Of a stretch of 64,000 nucleotides of DNA, positions 61,925 through 64,000 are shown in pieces. Position numbers and translations under genes: made by a program. The DNA lies in sequence record NC_015287.1. One strand, 5' to 3'. How positions within the stretch are numbered: the first letter of the stretch is position 1; every line of letters begins with the position of its first letter. The notes under the pieces were generated by a model that did not search any database, was not told where the DNA came from, and saw only the letters and a list, made by a program, of their open reading frames with translations.

Positions 61925-63616
61925 ATGGCTAAATTATTTGGATTCAAAATCCAGAAGGATGACGAACAAAACAAAAACGTTGTCTCTCCTGTACCCCAAT
62001 CTAACGAGGATTCGTCGGACTATTATGTCTCGAGCGGATTCTATGGGCAGTACGTTGATATTGATGGTGTATTTAAGTCTGAGTTTGAGTTAATAAAAAG
62101 ATATAGAGAAATGGCACTGCATCCCGAAGTGGATAGTGCCATTGAAGATATTATAAATGAAGCAATAGTTTCAGATCAGAATGATTCTCCAGTCGAAATC
62201 GATTTGGAGAATCTTCCAGCATCTAAGCAACTTAAAGATCTCATAAGAGAAGAGTTCAAAACAGTCAAGGAGATTTTGAACTTCGATGATAAGTGTCATG
62301 AGATTCTTAGGAACTGGTATGTTGATGGAAGAATCTATTACCATAAGGTAATTGATATCAAAGCGCCAGAAGAAGGTATTAAAGAAGTAAGATATATTGA
62401 CCCACTTAAGATTAAGTTGGTAAGGAAACTCAAGACAGATAATTCATTAAGAGGAGCAATCAATCAGGTAAATTCTAAGAACCCTGCTGATATTGAGAAT
62501 CCAGAGATAGAAGAGTATTACCAGTATGATCCTAGTCAGACACAAGGTAAAAATGCCTTGGGTGCTATTGGTCAAACTCCCTTCTCTACCAAACAAAGAC
62601 CAGTAAAGATTGCACCTGATGCTATTTCTTTCTGTCACTCTGGTTTGGTTGATAGAAATAAACAGACTATTCTTTCTTACTTACATAAGTCAATCAAGGC
62701 ACTCAATCAACTTAGAATGATTGAGGACTCTCTTGTTATCTACAGGTTGAGTCGTGCTCCAGAAAGAAGAATTTTCTATATTGATGTAGGTAACTTACCT
62801 AAGATGAAAGCGGAACAATACCTCAAAGAGGTAATGAACCGTTATAGAAATAAACTCGTCTATGACGCATCTACAGGAGAAATAAGAGATGACAGAAAAC
62901 ACATGTCCATGCTCGAAGACTTCTGGTTACCCAGAAGAGAGGGTGGCAGAGGAACTGAGATCACTACGTTGCCAGGTGGACAAAATCTTGGCGAACTTAG
63001 CGACATCGAGTACTTCCAAAAGAAACTATACCGATCACTAGGAGTTCCAGAATCTCGTATCGCTGGATCTGGTGATGGATTCAATCTTGGTAGATCCTCT
63101 GAGATCTTAAGAGATGAGATCAAGTTTACAAAGTTTGTTGGCAGAATGAGAAAAAGATTCTCACATCTGTTCAACGACATGTTGAAGACACAGTTAATTC
63201 TAAAAAACATTGTTACCCCAGAAGATTGGGAAGTACTTGGAGATCATATTCAGTATGACTTTGTGTATGACAATCACTTTGCAGAACTTAAAGAGACAGA
63301 ACTACTCAACGAAAGACTTGGTGTTGTTGCCGCTGTTGATCCTTATGTTGGTAAATACTTCTCACTTGATTATGTGAGAAGAAAAATCCTCAAGCAAAAG
63401 GATGAGGAGGTCATTGAGATCGACAAGCAAATGGAGAAGGAAATCAAGGATGGCAAACTCGCTGATCCTATGGAAGTACAACAACTTCAACTTGGAGTTC
63501 ATCCCGAACAGATGCCTGGTGGTGCAATGAATCCACAAGATCCAAACATGGGTGGAGCACCTCAAGAAGGTGGTGCAGAACAAGCTCCACAGATGCCAGA
63601 AGGCGGGGAAATATAA
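61925..63616 (+). CDS. gp20: Portal protein gp20
   Basis: HPEVDSAIEDI, WYVDGR, EDSLVIYRLSRAPERRIFYIDVGNLPK, EDFWLPRREGGRGTEITTLPGG. Confidence 0.97.
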   Translation: MAKLFGFKIQKDDEQNKNVVSPVPQSNEDSSDYYVSSGFYGQYVDIDGVFKSEFELIKRYREMALHPEVDSAIEDIINEAIVSDQNDSPVEIDLENLPASKQLKDLIREEFKTVKEILNFDDKCHEILRNWYVDGRIYYHKVIDIKAPEEGIKEVRYIDPLKIKLVRKLKTDNSLRGAINQVNSKNPADIENPEIEEYYQYDPSQTQGKNALGAIGQTPFSTKQRPVKIAPDAISFCHSGLVDRNKQTILSYLHKSIKALNQLRMIEDSLVIYRLSRAPERRIFYIDVGNLPKMKAEQYLKEVMNRYRNKLVYDASTGEIRDDRKHMSMLEDFWLPRREGGRGTEITTLPGGQNLGELSDIEYFQKKLYRSLGVPESRIAGSGDGFNLGRSSEILRDEIKFTKFVGRMRKRFSHLFNDMLKTQLILKNIVTPEDWEVLGDHIQYDFVYDNHFAELKETELLNERLGVVAAVDPYVGKYFSLDYVRRKILKQKDEEVIEIDKQMEKEIKDGKLADPMEVQQLQLGVHPEQMPGGAMNPQDPNMGGAPQEGGAEQAPQMPEGGEI

Positions 63617-63619
63617 ATA
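63612..63619 (+). promoter_or_regulatory. Late promoter TATAAATA
   Basis: Exact consensus overlapping the gp20 stop. Confidence 0.7.
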
Positions 63620-63647
63620 ATACTAGTCTAATTCTATATTAACACTT

Positions 63648-63950
63648 ATGGATAATGATTTACTTGATATGATTGCTGCAGGGCAAGATGGATCTGCAAC
63701 TGAGATTCATGATAAGATCAAAGAGATCTTATATAACAAGGCTGCGGAAAACATTGACCTTGTGAAACCAGCTGTCACTGCTGACATGTTTGGTGGACCT
63801 AATCCTCATTTGAATGATGAGGAAGAACAGGAGGTTGAAGACGAAGCTCCTGGCACACCTAGTTCTGTTGAGGATACAGCAGAAGTTGAAGAGCCTGTCG
63901 CTGAGGCAGAACCTGTAGATGATGAAGTAGAAGAACAACCTGAGGCTTAA
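63648..63950 (+). CDS. Small acidic protein, probable prohead core component
   Basis: Glu-rich 100-aa ORF between the portal and prohead protease genes. Confidence 0.7.
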   Translation: MDNDLLDMIAAGQDGSATEIHDKIKEILYNKAAENIDLVKPAVTADMFGGPNPHLNDEEEQEVEDEAPGTPSSVEDTAEVEEPVAEAEPVDDEVEEQPEA

Positions 63951-63951
63951 C

Positions 63952-64000
63952 ATGAAACTCATCACGGAAGAGATCGAAACCGCTAAGGTTCTTGTCGAAG
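63952..64000 (+). CDS. gp21: Prohead core scaffold/protease gp21, 3'-truncated
   Basis: MKLITEEIETAKVLVE start is typical of cyanophage gp21; expected position. Confidence 0.75.
   Translation, partial: MKLITEEIETAKVLVE

Noticed and set aside
56784-63616. Inteins, introns or homing endonucleases in terminase, sheath or portal
   Set aside because: The ORFs are continuous, terminase and portal have ordinary lengths, and no splicing or LAGLIDADG/GIY-YIG motifs were seen. The 58442 CxxC protein is too short and lacks a clear HNH motif.
1-64000. tRNA or rRNA genes
   Set aside because: Intergenic gaps are short and none shows cloverleaf, T-loop or rRNA signatures by eye.

Overview
This AT-rich window is the virion-morphogenesis region of a large T4-like cyanomyovirus. 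It is probably Prochlorococcus/Synechococcus-infecting and P-SSM2-like; this is inferred from gene order and protein families. Gene order on the + strand: 5'-truncated gp7-like baseplate protein, a gp9/10-motif fibre-like protein, a 3001-aa repeat-rich virion protein, gp8, a 2505-aa DUF4815-type protein, several small structural proteins, a 1552-aa acidic repeat protein, a 1477-aa tail fibre, three Cys/Gly-rich paralogs, and a fibre chaperone. A 12-kb island follows, encoding ADP-heptose enzymes, a GT9-like glycosyltransferase, two carbamoyltransferases, a flavin halogenase, a methyltransferase and several 2OG-Fe(II)-type oxygenases. The window ends with gp13-gp21. T4-type late promoters (TATAAATA / ACTAAATA variants) precede most structural genes. 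The most unusual signal is a 1257-codon stop-free +1 frame nested in the 1552-aa gene. It ends 5 nt before the host gene's stop, and the host codon context looks selected to keep it open. Next most interesting are the three ~11%-Cys adhesin-like paralogs and a possible virion-glycosylation system (heptose pathway + GT9 + a recurring G-[IVL]-[GSA]-[ST] motif in virion proteins). No database searches were run; family calls come from motif recognition, and counts are by hand.
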